From NCBI GenBank assembly GCA_964016885.1, contig OZ024743.1:270692001-270756000 (forward strand): a stretch of DNA of 64,000 nt. The letters run 5' to 3'. Source of the stretch: Eledone cirrhosa (Eukaryota). The notes under the pieces were generated by a model. The model saw nothing but the letters and a program-made list of their open reading frames with translations, was not told the origin of the DNA and did not search any database. Shown piece after piece: positions 12,330-22,960 of the stretch. The translations under genes and the position numbers were made by a program. Numbering within the stretch: position 1 is the first letter of the stretch; each line of letters opens with the position of its first letter.

Positions 12330-14280
12330 TGTTTCTTTATTAGCCACAGGGGCACAAAAGAAGGGGACAAATACAAAGGGGGAAGTTTACATACAATAAA
12401 AACGTGTAAAATGTTATTACAAATGCAATTTAAAAAATTAGTCGATTTTCCCCAATAGGTGGAGACATTATATATGGTTAACACATACCCCCGAAAAATG
12501 TGCAACCCTCAACTCCAGGAGTACGAAGAGTTTGTACTCCTTTCCTCTCCTCCTCCTTTCCCTCAACCTACAGGCTGATATAGAGAGAAGGCCCATTCAC
12601 TCGGGCCATTCTCGCCACTTTCACCCAACTTTCATAAAACTTGCTGGGGTACAGCACCTCTCTCTCCATCCTGATTCTTCTTCCAAAGTGGTATTTGAAA
12701 AAAAGAATCAGTTGTTGGCCGGAGAGAAAGGTGTCTGACCTCAGCCCTTTCAACCTTGTCCACCATACAACCTCTTTCGCCATAGCTATCACACAAAGGA
12801 AAACCGCCTCTCCTTCGTTTTTGAAGGAGGGTGGCGGTTTGATCATGACAATGGACTCGGTGGTCAACTGGATTGGTCCCACCCGCGACAATAGTCGTTC
12901 TACATAGCCCCACAGGTCAGTGACGCCCGGGCAGTGTATGAATGCGTGCGCGACGGTTTCTTCGTCTCGCACGCACCTCGGAGAGATCTTTTTTGCAGGG
13001 TCCCTGCCCGGGCGCCCATGTCTGTAGAGCTTGTCTCGAACTGGTAGAGCTCCTCGGTAGCACTGCCAGGCCAGGGACTTTTGGAAGTTGTCCATCGGTC
13101 CCGGGCGGAAGGTCCTACCGAACAGACTGGCCAGTTCATCTTCCTCTACGCCTAGAGTTTCACCGAGCGCGTCGTCGCACTTGCTGCGGACCAACCCTCT
13201 ATAGAATGATGAAGTGGAGTCTCCACTGATCGCCGGGTCCGCCTGCCAGAGGGCTGTGAGCGCCTGAGCACATTCGATGTGCCAGTCGCCCATTTTCCTC
13301 GGTCTTTGCTTGACCCAGGACTGCAGCTCGGTCAGCGAGACGAGTTGTGGGAAGGCTCGCCTCACGAACGGGGCCCACACCGGTTGTCCGGTGAGGAATA
13401 CGTAGAGATGCCGCAGCCAGAGCGCGTGTTTGCGCATCGTCAACCACGGCATCCCCAGCCCTCCGTTAGAAGGGTGTTGGCAGCAGATGGATCTTCTCAC
13501 CAAAGGAGCCCGCCTCTTCCAAAGGAATCGGAAGAGCGCGCGCTCCATTTTGGCGAGCGTTTTGGCTGGACAAGGCACGACGGTCAAGCGGTAGTAGATG
13601 GCGGACGCTATAAAAGTGTTCGCCACCTCCGCTCGACCTTTCAAGGATAGTTTGCACTCGGCCCACTTCTGGGTGAGTGCAAACACCTTGGCCGTCACTT
13701 CGTTCCAGTTCTTCTCCATCTGGAGGTCCGGACCAAACCAGACCCCGAGCAGCTTTACCGGTCCTTCCGTCCAGCGTCCGACGACGTCATCGGAAGGCAT
13801 CGGTTTGCCTCTCCACGATCCGAGTTGCAAACCGATGGACTTGTCCCGGTTCAGCTTCGCTCCTGTGAGACTTTCGTATTCCTTCAGTAAGGTGCCGACT
13901 TCCTCGATTTGCGAGGCGCTCGACACAATTACTGTCACGTCGTCGGCGTAGGCCGACGCCGCTTTGCGCAGTCCCGGTTCCAGAGGGATGCCCTGCAATA
14001 GCTCCAGCTTCCGCAGTAGTGGCTCGAGAGTCAGTACGTACAGAAGGGAGGAGAGAGGGCATCCCTGTCGAATGATCGCGTAATATGGAACGGCTCCGAG
14101 AGGTAGCCGTTCACCTTGACCCTTGAGCAGATGTTGCTGTTGTGCATTGCAGCAATCCAGCCCTGAACACGGGTCCTAAGCCTGCCGCCTCGAGCACCGC
14201 ATCCAGGTAACGATGGTCAACCCTATCGAAAGCCTTAGACTGATCCAAATTGATCAGGGCCCCACCGAAGCCGGGTTTAC

Positions 14281-14281
<1 letters not shown>
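12330..14281 (-). mobile_element. Tx1-like copy C, 5'-truncated, same subfamily as A
   Basis: Near-identical to 4667-6604. Has a 476-aa frame with YADD and 1-bp deletions near 14075 and 14161. Confidence 0.93.

Positions 14282-14373
<92 letters not shown>
14281..14373. repeat. (GATA)n at the 5' junction of copy C
   Basis: Seen directly. Confidence 0.95.
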
Positions 14374-14374
<1 letters not shown>

Positions 14375-14588
14375 TGACAGCTAGACAGCAGACATAGATA
14401 GATATGATAGAACATATGTATGTATGTAAGTGTGAGTGTTTGAGAGAGAGGGGTTGAAAGAGCGAAAGAGAGAGGGTGGGTGAGGGGAAAGAAGAAATGG
14501 TGAGATAGAGGGGCGTGAGAGAGGAGAAGAGAGAGAGAGGCTGTGAGGGAGGTATAGAAAGCGATAGATTGTACAGGTTATATGTGAA

Positions 14589-14800
14589 GGCGTGTGGCTG
14601 AGTGGTTAGAGAATTGGATTCATAATTTTGAGGTTGTGAGTTCGATTCCTGGACCGGGCGATGCGTTATGGCCTTGAGCAAGACACTTTATTTCACGTTG
14701 CTCCTTCCACCTGGAGTTGCGACCGATAGATAGTACTAGCAGCTGGAAAGGCCAATGGAAACCTTGTTTCCTCGGTCCGATCTGACGAAAGTCGATCGAT
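14589..14800 (+). mobile_element. tRNA-derived CORE-type SINE with a structured 3' tail
   Basis: A box TGGCTGAGTGG, B box GAGTTCGATTCC, CORE-like CCTTGAGCAAGACACTTTATTTCAC. A second copy lies at 28841-29030 on the minus strand. Confidence 0.8.
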
Positions 14801-15029
14801 CTTTATTATATGCAAAGGTCTTTATAAAACCGAGTCTTCTCTATGTCTAACTCATACAATAGAGAGAACATTTGAACTCATCTATTAATTGAAATAGAAT
14901 TGTTACATAGAATAAGTAATGGTGGGAGTCAATTTATGGAGTACTTGATACATGGTGGAGACGTTAGTGCTGGGGAAGACAAAGAAGGATGGGGTGAAGG
15001 AGGAGGGGAGGATGTTATGGGGAGGGTGG

Positions 15030-15076
15030 AGAAGAAGAAGAAGAAGAAGAAGAAGAAGAAGAAGAAGAAGAAGAAA
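15030..15076. repeat. (GAA)n microsatellite
   Basis: Seen directly. Confidence 0.95.
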
Positions 15077-15404
15077 GAATTAATGAGACAGAAATAAAGG
15101 CAAAGAAATGTGAGAGAGGTAAGAGGGGAGGGAGACCAGTAGGATGAAGAATCATGTAGCAATTTGTGCAAATTTCAACATTTAAACCGCAGTAAATTAG
15201 CCAATTACTCAATAGCACCAATTGAGTTAATCTCTGATATGTAGCGACGGTTGTAATGGCGGCGGTTGTGGTGCTGGCGGCGGCAAATTGCTGTGCTAAA
15301 TCAACTTTATCCGCCATATTGCCAAATGACCAGATAAACCACATAAAGCAGATTGCTGAAAATCTTGCGTAAACGTATTGGAGGAGAATTTTGAGTATCT
15401 TCAT

Positions 15405-15935
15405 GATCATATTGATCATCATCATCATCATCATTATCATCATCATCATTATCATCATCAAGATCATCATTATCATCATCAAGATCATCATCATCATTAA
15501 CATCATCGGTGTTATCATCATCATTAACAGCATCGCTGTTATCATCATCATCATCAACATCATTATTCTAACCATGTTCATGGTCATGATGATGATGATC
15601 ATCATGATCATCATCATCAACATCATCATCATCATCATAATCATCATCATCATCATCATAATCATCATCATCATCATCATCATAATCATCATCCCCATAA
15701 TCGCCGTCGTCGTCATCATCAGGTCGTCATTATCATCGTCATCGTCATCACCCTCATCATCATCATTATCCTTATCATCATCATCATTATCCTCATCATC
15801 ATCATCATCGTCATCATCATCGTTATCATCGTCATCATCGACATCATTGTCATCATCATCATCGTTATCATCATCATCATCATCATCTTCAACATCGTTA
15901 TCGTCATCAACATCGTTGTAATCGTTGTGGCCATC
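15405..15935. repeat. Degenerate (ATC)n microsatellite
   Basis: Seen directly; it produces the poly-D, poly-M and poly-I pseudo-ORFs. Confidence 0.95.
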
Positions 15936-15989
15936 ATAATAAATATCGCCTACATCATTACTATTAACATGATGAATCCTGGTATGGTT

Positions 15990-16116
15990 AGCTTTGCCTT
16001 TCATCCTTACATGATCGCTAAAATGAAGTACCAGTAACGTACTGGGTCGATTTATTCGACATTTCCCATCCCTTCAAATTGCTGGCGATGTACCAAAAGT
16101 AGAAACAATTATTATT
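15990..16116 (+). mobile_element. SINE 3' half (Meta-like central domain) with (ATT)n tail
   Basis: CTTTGCCTTTCATCCTT...AAGTACCAGT..GTACTGGGTCGAT...AAAGTAGAAACAATTATTATT; same family as 1062-1158 and 19620-19740. Confidence 0.65.
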
Positions 16117-16136
16117 GACACGGTGATGATAATGAT

Positions 16137-16167
<31 letters not shown>

Positions 16168-16169
16168 AC

Positions 16170-16202
<33 letters not shown>

Positions 16203-16204
16203 AA

Positions 16205-16558
16205 TGGTTTTATTTATTGACCACAAGGCCGACATATAGGGGACAATGCAATAGACGGGAACAGTGGGTATTTTACACAAAAATCGAGTAAAAAAAATAG
16301 GAAAATAATAGCAATAAACAAGAAAAATACAACAATGAAAATCCCCCAATGGGGGAGATAACCACCCAGGCCTGACTTAGGTACCCCACTAATCCTGATC
16401 CGCCCCCCCCCCCCCGCTTCGAGGGCACCCGGGAAAGGCACGCCTGTCCTCCTCGAATTCACCAACCTACAGGCGCATGATCAGAGTAGGCCCATTCACA
16501 CGGGCCATTCCTGCCACATTCACCCACCTTTCAGCAAATGTACTGGGAGCAGCACTCA
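16205..16558 (-). mobile_element. Tx1-like copy D, short 3' fragment abutting (GAT)n
   Basis: Translates STFAERWVNVAGMARVNGPTLIMRL*, compared with SKFYERWVKMARMARVNGPSLYISL* in copy A. 3' end is GTGGTCAATAAATAAAACC. (GAT)n lies at 16123-16204. Confidence 0.85.
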
Positions 16559-16734
16559 CCCCACCCACCCCCCACCCACACACACACCTGTAAATATAAT
16601 CAATATGGTGTGTTAACTGCCTTACCAATGTATACATTGTGTTTATTTGCCCTAGGTATCAGGAAGACACTCGGCAAAAAAACGGAAACATCACTGAAGG
16701 AAGAGGAAAAACAAACAATCATGATAATAATAAA

Positions 16735-17110
16735 AGTTTCTTTATTATCCACACAGGGTTTACATTAAGATGACGAAAAAGACGGTACAGGAGAGTACAG
16801 TGTGTTTCTTTTTTTATGAGCGAAAGGTTTATAAAGAATTTAAAAAATAAACATTTAAAATAAATCAAAGCAACAAATTCTCCAAAAGTCACTCATAGAG
16901 AAAATCCACAAAAAGCCACGGTAACCTTGACCGCTAGGTCATCTTACTCCAATTTACAGACGCATCCTCAGAGCAAGCCTATTTACTCGGACTATGCTAG
17001 CCTCTCTCAGCCACCTTTCAACAAACTGGTTGGTAGGCAGCGTTTCTCTCATCACCCTGATTTTTCTCTTCAGGTGAAACCCGAAGAATTAGGGATTCGC
17101 TGAAGAGAAA
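16735..17110 (-). mobile_element. Tx1-like copy E, diverged 3' fragment abutting (ATA)n
   Basis: Translates FFGFHLKRKIRVMRETLPTNQFVERWLREASIVRVNRLALRMRL*. 3' end is GTGGATAATAAAGAAAC. Confidence 0.8.
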
Positions 17111-17119
17111 AGTGCTTGC

Positions 17120-17450
17120 CTTCAACCTTTTCAGCTGCCCACTTTTGCACTGTTGATAAACCTGGAGCGTCATACCCTGATGTAGCAATCATGTCCGCAG
17201 GAATGACCTTGGGAGCTAAACCCCTTTTCTGCGGGGACTTGATATCACCGTGATGCCAAATTTTGTCCATTTTCAAGAGAAGTCGCTACTAGTTACTTTT
17301 GAAGTCTTCTTTGAACAGTTACATGTAAGTTTACATGGAAAAAACAATGCAGTTATTATTATGAAGAGTTGAAATTAATGCATGCACGATTTCACAGCTC
17401 TGGCATCACTGCTACATAGTCACTTATGAACTTTTCAGCCCATCCTAGTA
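17120..17450 (-). mobile_element. Mariner (Tc1/mariner) 5' fragment with TIR and transposase N-terminus
   Basis: MDKIWHHGDIK..QKRGLAPK.I.ADM.AT.G.DAP.LSTVQKWAAE is a mariner HTH region. The terminus TA|CTAGGATGGGCTGAAAAGTTCATA is TIR-like. Confidence 0.8.
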
Positions 17451-17454
17451 AATT

Positions 17455-18610
17455 TTTTATGTCAGATGCAAAGGTTTTTACAGAGAAATTGAGACACCTA
17501 TAATTCAAGTAAAGGAGCCTCTTTCAATTCATGAAATTGAAAAATTTTGGAAAACAGTATAGAGTGCAGAATGGATATAGAATGGAAGAAACATGCAATA
17601 ATTTAGAAAGGCAAACCTATCAAGACATAAGAACTGGAGTTAGCATCAAAGAAAGCCAACAAATGGAAATCTCCTGGCATTGATAAAGTGCCAAACGTCT
17701 GGTTATCTTCTTTAACTGCTACCCATGATATGTTGGTAAAATGTTATAACGAAATTATGCACAACCCTGAAAATACTCCTGGTTGGTTTGCACAAAGTAA
17801 AATATCTGTTGCGATAATTGACAGAAACAAATATTCCAACCTACAAATTTATGAATGTTTCCCTATTCAGCAGATAGGTTGTCACAGTGGGTCTTACGGT
17901 TGATAAAGACCAACTTCTCATTAAACGCATCATTATGAAAACTGTCATAACAAGCACAGACCTTTGTGTACTGCTTGGATTGACTATAAAAAAAGTATTT
18001 GATAGTGTTCCCCACTCATGGAGTTTGAAATTCCCCAGTAAATTTCCTGAAATACAACGTCTGTGTGGAATACAAATCTATCACTGACAGTACAATCAAG
18101 ACCAACATACCTGATATATTTGTGAAGAACCATAAAAAGAAAACATGCTTCTTAATCGACATGAGCATTCCATCATATCGTAACATCATCGAAAGATTTT
18201 CCAAAGCTCAGTAAATATAAAGATCTGACAATTGAAAATGTTTCATCTTAAAGCTGTACAATACCGGTACAATAGCCTATACAATACCTGTACAATATCA
18301 GTGGATTTGGAATGATAAAAAAGGGAACTGAAAAATATTTGGACCAGTTACCTGGAAAGCCATCTCTGCAAGAGATACAGAAAATAGCGCTGACTGGCAC
18401 TATCAATGTCCTGAGAATGGCATTATCAATTTAAATACCTTGTAGAAACACTTACTGGTGTTTATGTCCTTGTGGCATAATTTGTATAACAATTGATTGT
18501 AAAATGTGTGTATTACCAAATGTTGCTTCATGTGTCAGGTTGACACTCGGCCAAGGAAAGAAGCAGAATTCAAAGAAAGTTTCAAATAACAATAATAATA
18601 GTAATAATAA
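17455..18610 (+). mobile_element. Decayed, internally deleted R4/Dong-like LINE (RT plus RLE endonuclease) ending in (TAA)n
   Basis: Motifs across frames: KWKSPGIDKVPNVWL, DQLLI, WIDYKKVFDSVPHSW, PDIFVKNHKKKTCFLIDMSIP, KLSKYKDL, SLQEIQKIALTGTINVLR. Tail AATAACAATAATAATAGTAATAATAA. Confidence 0.8.
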
Positions 18611-18611
18611 C

Positions 18612-19450
18612 TTTTCGACAAGAAAATTCTCCAATAGTGGAGAAAACCACCTACGGTAAAAACCCCTACCCTAGAGGTTCTCAAAACGAGCGCTACCGCT
18701 ACTGGAGGGTGTTAAGAAGGTCCAGGTGGCGCTGGAGCCTAAGGAGCAGTAGAGATGATATAATAGTATATTAAATATCAAAGGATACATATTATATATA
18801 TAAATATAGTAAAATAAAAAATATATAATATTTATTTATACATAGTATATATTATATTATTTATTATATATAAATTAACAATTTTATTTCTTATATATTA
18901 TTTACAATTTCCATGTTGGCAGGTCTTTCTGGAAATAGAGATGGGGGGCACTGACGATATTACGTCACAGTGAGGGGGAGGGGGGTCAAAACGTTTGAGA
19001 GTCTCAGCTCTACACAATGTCTCGGATTACCCTGTATCACCAAAAGCATTGAAAGTTACCTCTCCCAGTTTCTTTTCCTCCTGTCTTAGAAAAGCATAGT
19101 TAGAGTAGACCCATTCAACTTCATCAATTTCACCACACTTATCCACCTTTAGTGAAACACTCTGGAAAACAGAACCTCTCTCTCCATTCTAAGTTTCCTC
19201 TTTAAATGGCACTTGAAGAATTTTATTATCCTTGGCCAGAAAGGCAAATTCCTGTCCTCGAACCTTTTGCTCGACTTTACTAAACAAGTCTTTTACTATT
19301 GCCACTGTGCAGAGGAAATTTTGCCGCTGTTCCTTGCCGAAAGTGACGGTACGATTTCCACTATAGAGCCAGCAGACATCCTGATGCTTCCCACACGCGA
19401 TAACAGCTGTTCCGCAAATTTGAATGCACTCAACGTGTTTGCACTAGCTG
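18612..19450 (-). mobile_element. Tx1-like copy F, old 3' fragment interrupted by a MITE
   Basis: Translates EQLLSRVGSIR..., FLCTVAIVKD, FFKCHLKRKLRMEREVL..RWISVVKLMKLNGSTLTMLF*. 3' UTR hairpin TTCTCCAATAGTGGAGAA at about 18627. Confidence 0.75.
18672..19007. mobile_element. hAT (Charlie-like) MITE
   Basis: Imperfect TIRs TAGAGGTTCTCAAA / TTTGAGAGTCTCAG. The 8-bp flanks CCCTACCC and CTCTACAC match at 6 of 8 positions, consistent with a decayed TSD. Confidence 0.65.
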
Positions 19451-19617
19451 CGTTGCACTAGCTGCATCGCATCGATGATATATAAAAATGGTATGTATGT
19501 GTCAAAATATTTGATGGGAACGAAGGATCGGGGCCAACGCAAACGAGGCAGAGACCAGCGAAGCCAAAGAACACTCGAGAACGAACGGTCGGGACCAAGG
19601 CAAGTGTAGCAAAGCCT

Positions 19618-19742
19618 AGCTGAATTGGCAGAATCGTTAGAACGTCGGATAGAAGGCTTTGAAGAATTTGTTTGTTCTGGATCTCTGCTCTATGAGTTGA
19701 AATTTCGATGTCGATAAATAAAGTACCAGTCTAGTACTGAAG
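19618..19742 (+). mobile_element. Internally deleted SINE (head plus part of the body)
   Basis: TGGCAGAATCGTTAG A box, GAGTTGAAATTTC B-box remnant, GTCGATAAATAAAGTACCAGT. Confidence 0.6.
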
Positions 19743-19756
19743 TTTTCTCTCACTCG

Positions 19757-19863
<107 letters not shown>

Positions 19864-19995
19864 GAGGTTATATTTAATTTGTTGGGATTCAACAAGCTTA
19901 AACATTTTTATAACTGATATAAAGCACTCAACAGTTTAGTGGAGTAAATATACAATATATTAACAAATGGAAAATATATTTATAAAACCATATTT

Positions 19996-20059
19996 ATTTT
20001 ATTATACATATTTCAAGGGCCACCAAGGCAAATTATGGTGCGCTTTCATCAGATAAAAT
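19996..20059 (-). ncRNA. Type I hammerhead ribozyme with intact core
   Basis: attttat-CTGATGA-aagcgcacca[taatttgcct]tggtggccctt-GAAA-tatgta-TA-ataaaat. Confidence 0.8.
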
Positions 20060-21612
20060 TCAATACAGATTTGTTTTATAAATAAATATTAACATACCCT
20101 GAAAAAGACAACCTTAACGGTTGGAGCTTCCTGGATAGTGGAGATATTACATTTATTGAGGGTGATAGAAAATTATGATTGAGTATGCAAATGAGTGTCC
20201 GAAAGGTGGAAAAGATAACGGTTTATTTAAATTAAACTGTTGGAAGAAGGTGATATGTGAGGGAGAGAGAAAAAAGAAAGAAAGAAAAAAAGAAGGAGCG
20301 ATTATATATATTTTTTGACAGTGAAAATAGTGTGAAGAGAAGAGCGTAAGTATATTTTTAAGTGAGAGAAGATATTAGTTTCAAAAGGACAAATACAGCG
20401 TAAGTATATTTACGTGAGAGGATAAATGAAGAAAAGAAGAAAAGAGAATAGCGTGGAGAAGTAATATTTATAATGCAGGATTCGTTATGTTTTGATTATA
20501 ATATTTATAATGATAGGTTGAAAAATTAGATTAAAAATTATAAATTATTAAAAAAATATTTTTAAAATATATATTATTTTACATTAGAGCAAATCTAGTA
20601 TAGTTTATTTTATTAAAAGTTGTAAATCAAAAATTAAAAACATCCAAATAATTCTAAATTTATGGAAAATTTTCGAGAATTTACAAAAGAATAACCACTT
20701 AATTATATTATAAAAACAGTAAGGAAGCGTAAAAGAAGTTGTAAGTGATTTTTTAAGAACTCAGATGACTCTAACGATTAAATGCTATAAAGTTAAGAAG
20801 TTAAATTTTCTATCTTAAGAATATAATTAGAACATGAACCTGTCATTTTATACGAAGTCATAAATTTACTTGCTATAAAGTTAAAACATTTAAAAAGTTT
20901 TCTTAAGAATATATTTAAAGCATAAACCATAGGTTACTCCACATATATATTTAAAAAAAACATGTTTTTCCACATATATATAAACATTTGGATATATATA
21001 TTCAAAACGTTTGAAAATATAGTTTTTCTATATCTTTCAAAGGAATTTTCAAAAGATTTTCTTAAACCCTTCCGTAAGTTTTTCAAGAAAAAATTTTCCT
21101 TAAAGGAGTTTCAAGCAGTCATATAAAGGAATTTTATAATCTCTCTATAGGTGTAATAATATATATGTGAAGTAGAGATAATAGAAAATAAATTAAGTAT
21201 ATGAATCATATATGGATATAGAAGACATTATGTAAAAGAGATAAGTCGTATATTACATTTTATATATATATTTAAAAGTTGAATTTAAACGTTGTTTGCA
21301 AGAACTGAATAAATTATTCCTCAAATTAATAGAGTTCTTACTTTTTAGTATAAAGAATATTTCTTCGACACAAAGGGAACAATTTTTGTATAAAGCAGTG
21401 TATGAAGGAGCTTTAGAAATAATATTCCAAAGTAAAGAATAGTTAATGTTCTTTGATTTCAGGTCCCATAGTAAGTTAGATAGAGAAGTTGAAGATTTTT
21501 TACCACTCATTTGCATACTCAATCATAATTTTCTATCACCCTCAATAAATGTAATATCTCCACTATCCAGGAAGCTCCAACCGTTAAGGTTGTCTTTTTT
21601 CAGGGTATGTCA

Positions 21613-21688
21613 ATATTTATTTTATCTGAATAAAGCGCACCATAATTTGCCTTGGTGGCCCTTGAAATATGTATAATAAAATAAATAT
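21613..21688 (+). ncRNA. Hammerhead motif with mutated core (CTGAATA) and 13-bp stem I
   Basis: atatttattttat-CTGAATA-...-GAAA-tatgta-TA-ataaaataaatat. Confidence 0.65.
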
Positions 21689-21741
21689 GGTTTTATAAAC
21701 ATAGTTTCCATTTGTATATATATATATATATATATATAAAT

Positions 21742-21804
<63 letters not shown>

Positions 21805-21811
<7 letters not shown>

Positions 21812-21869
21812 TAACAGATTAAATTTAAGCAAAGAATTCTTTGCTTAAACTTTAATCTGTTATTTTAAT
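21805..21869. repeat. Near-perfect palindrome centred on GAATTC
   Basis: ATTAAAATAACAGATTAAATTTAAGCAAA-GAATTC-TTTGCTTAAACTTTAATCTGTTATTTTAAT. Confidence 0.9.
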
Positions 21870-21964
21870 AAATATTTGCTATAGGATTCTTATATATTTG
21901 ATATATATTTATCCTTATCGAGCCCTCTTTGAATTTTACTCTTCAAATTTATTATTATTACTAT

Positions 21965-22043
<79 letters not shown>

Positions 22044-22167
22044 GATGACATCGGCTGTTTTCTGCCCTGAGAAAGGATGGGCTCTGCCGATTTATTTAAT
22101 GACAGTGCTTCTACGACAGCATGAGGAGTTAGGGGTCTCTGGATGGATATATATTCATATATATATT

Positions 22168-22192
22168 TAGATAGATAGATAGATAGACAGAC

Positions 22193-22250
<58 letters not shown>

Positions 22251-22311
22251 ATAGATAAATAGAGATAGACAGATAGATAGATAGAGATAGACAGATAGAT
22301 AGATAGATAGG
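22168..22311. repeat. (GATA)n microsatellite with no LINE inserted
   Basis: Seen directly. Confidence 0.95.
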
Positions 22312-22385
<74 letters not shown>

Positions 22386-22697
22386 CCGTTTAATTGATCA
22401 AATTCGAATTTCAAATGATTGCAGGTGATTTTATTTGTTTTGTTTTTAACATTTCCATTCTTCAAGGTGCTACTGGCTAACCTGTACTTTACAACACGTA
22501 TTGGACACATATTTACATTTGTCCATACAGAAGCAAAATAATTCATAGAAACCTGTTTCAAATATATCTCAAAGCGGTGCCAGAGCTTGAACATAGTCTA
22601 ATACAGGAAACCAGTAAAAAAATAAAAGAATGGGGGCAATTGGTTGGTTTCTGACGTAAAAGCAGCTATAAATCAGGGCAAATATCCATAGTTTTTA

Positions 22698-22724
22698 CGT
22701 TGTTGTTGTTATTGTTGTTGCCGT

Positions 22725-22758
<34 letters not shown>

Positions 22759-22960
22759 TAGACAAATTTAAGCTCTGATCGAGCAAAGCTATAACCAAAG
22801 GTGCTCCAATAATGACCATCTCGTCATTTTCAGAGCATCAATATCTACATTATCTAATGGGTTCTTCCCTTTGTTAAAAATGGGAGAGTGTGATTTGAAG
22901 AAGATTTAACAGTTATTTCTAGAAGATGGAGCGACCGTGTACAGGCGCAGGCTCTAACTC
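22698..22960 (-). repeat. (GTT)n plus a probable decayed interspersed repeat
   Basis: The (GTT)n tract is followed by a segment containing TTATTTCTAG..G..GAGCGACC. A similar GGCTGCTATTTCTAGC motif occurs at about 2598. Confidence 0.4.

Noticed and set aside
14589-14665. tRNA gene
   Set aside because: A and B boxes are present, but there is no proper acceptor stem and the sequence continues into a CORE-like SINE body found twice in the window.
14760-14800. Hammerhead or HDV-like ribozyme in the SINE tail (CTGACGA, TCCTCG)
   Set aside because: No downstream stem II-GAAA-UH, and I could not build the HDV nested pseudoknot. The second copy has TTGACGA.
15015-16004. 329-aa poly-Asp/Met ORF and other YI, HT, CV and LSIY ORFs
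   Set aside because: These are translations of (ATC)n, (TA)n, (CA)n and (GATA)n microsatellites.
22430-22545. Possible terminal exon after a pyrimidine tract (…TTCAAG|GTGCTACTGGCT…TAA)
   Set aside because: It gives only a 24-aa peptide with no recognisable homology and no supported partner exon.
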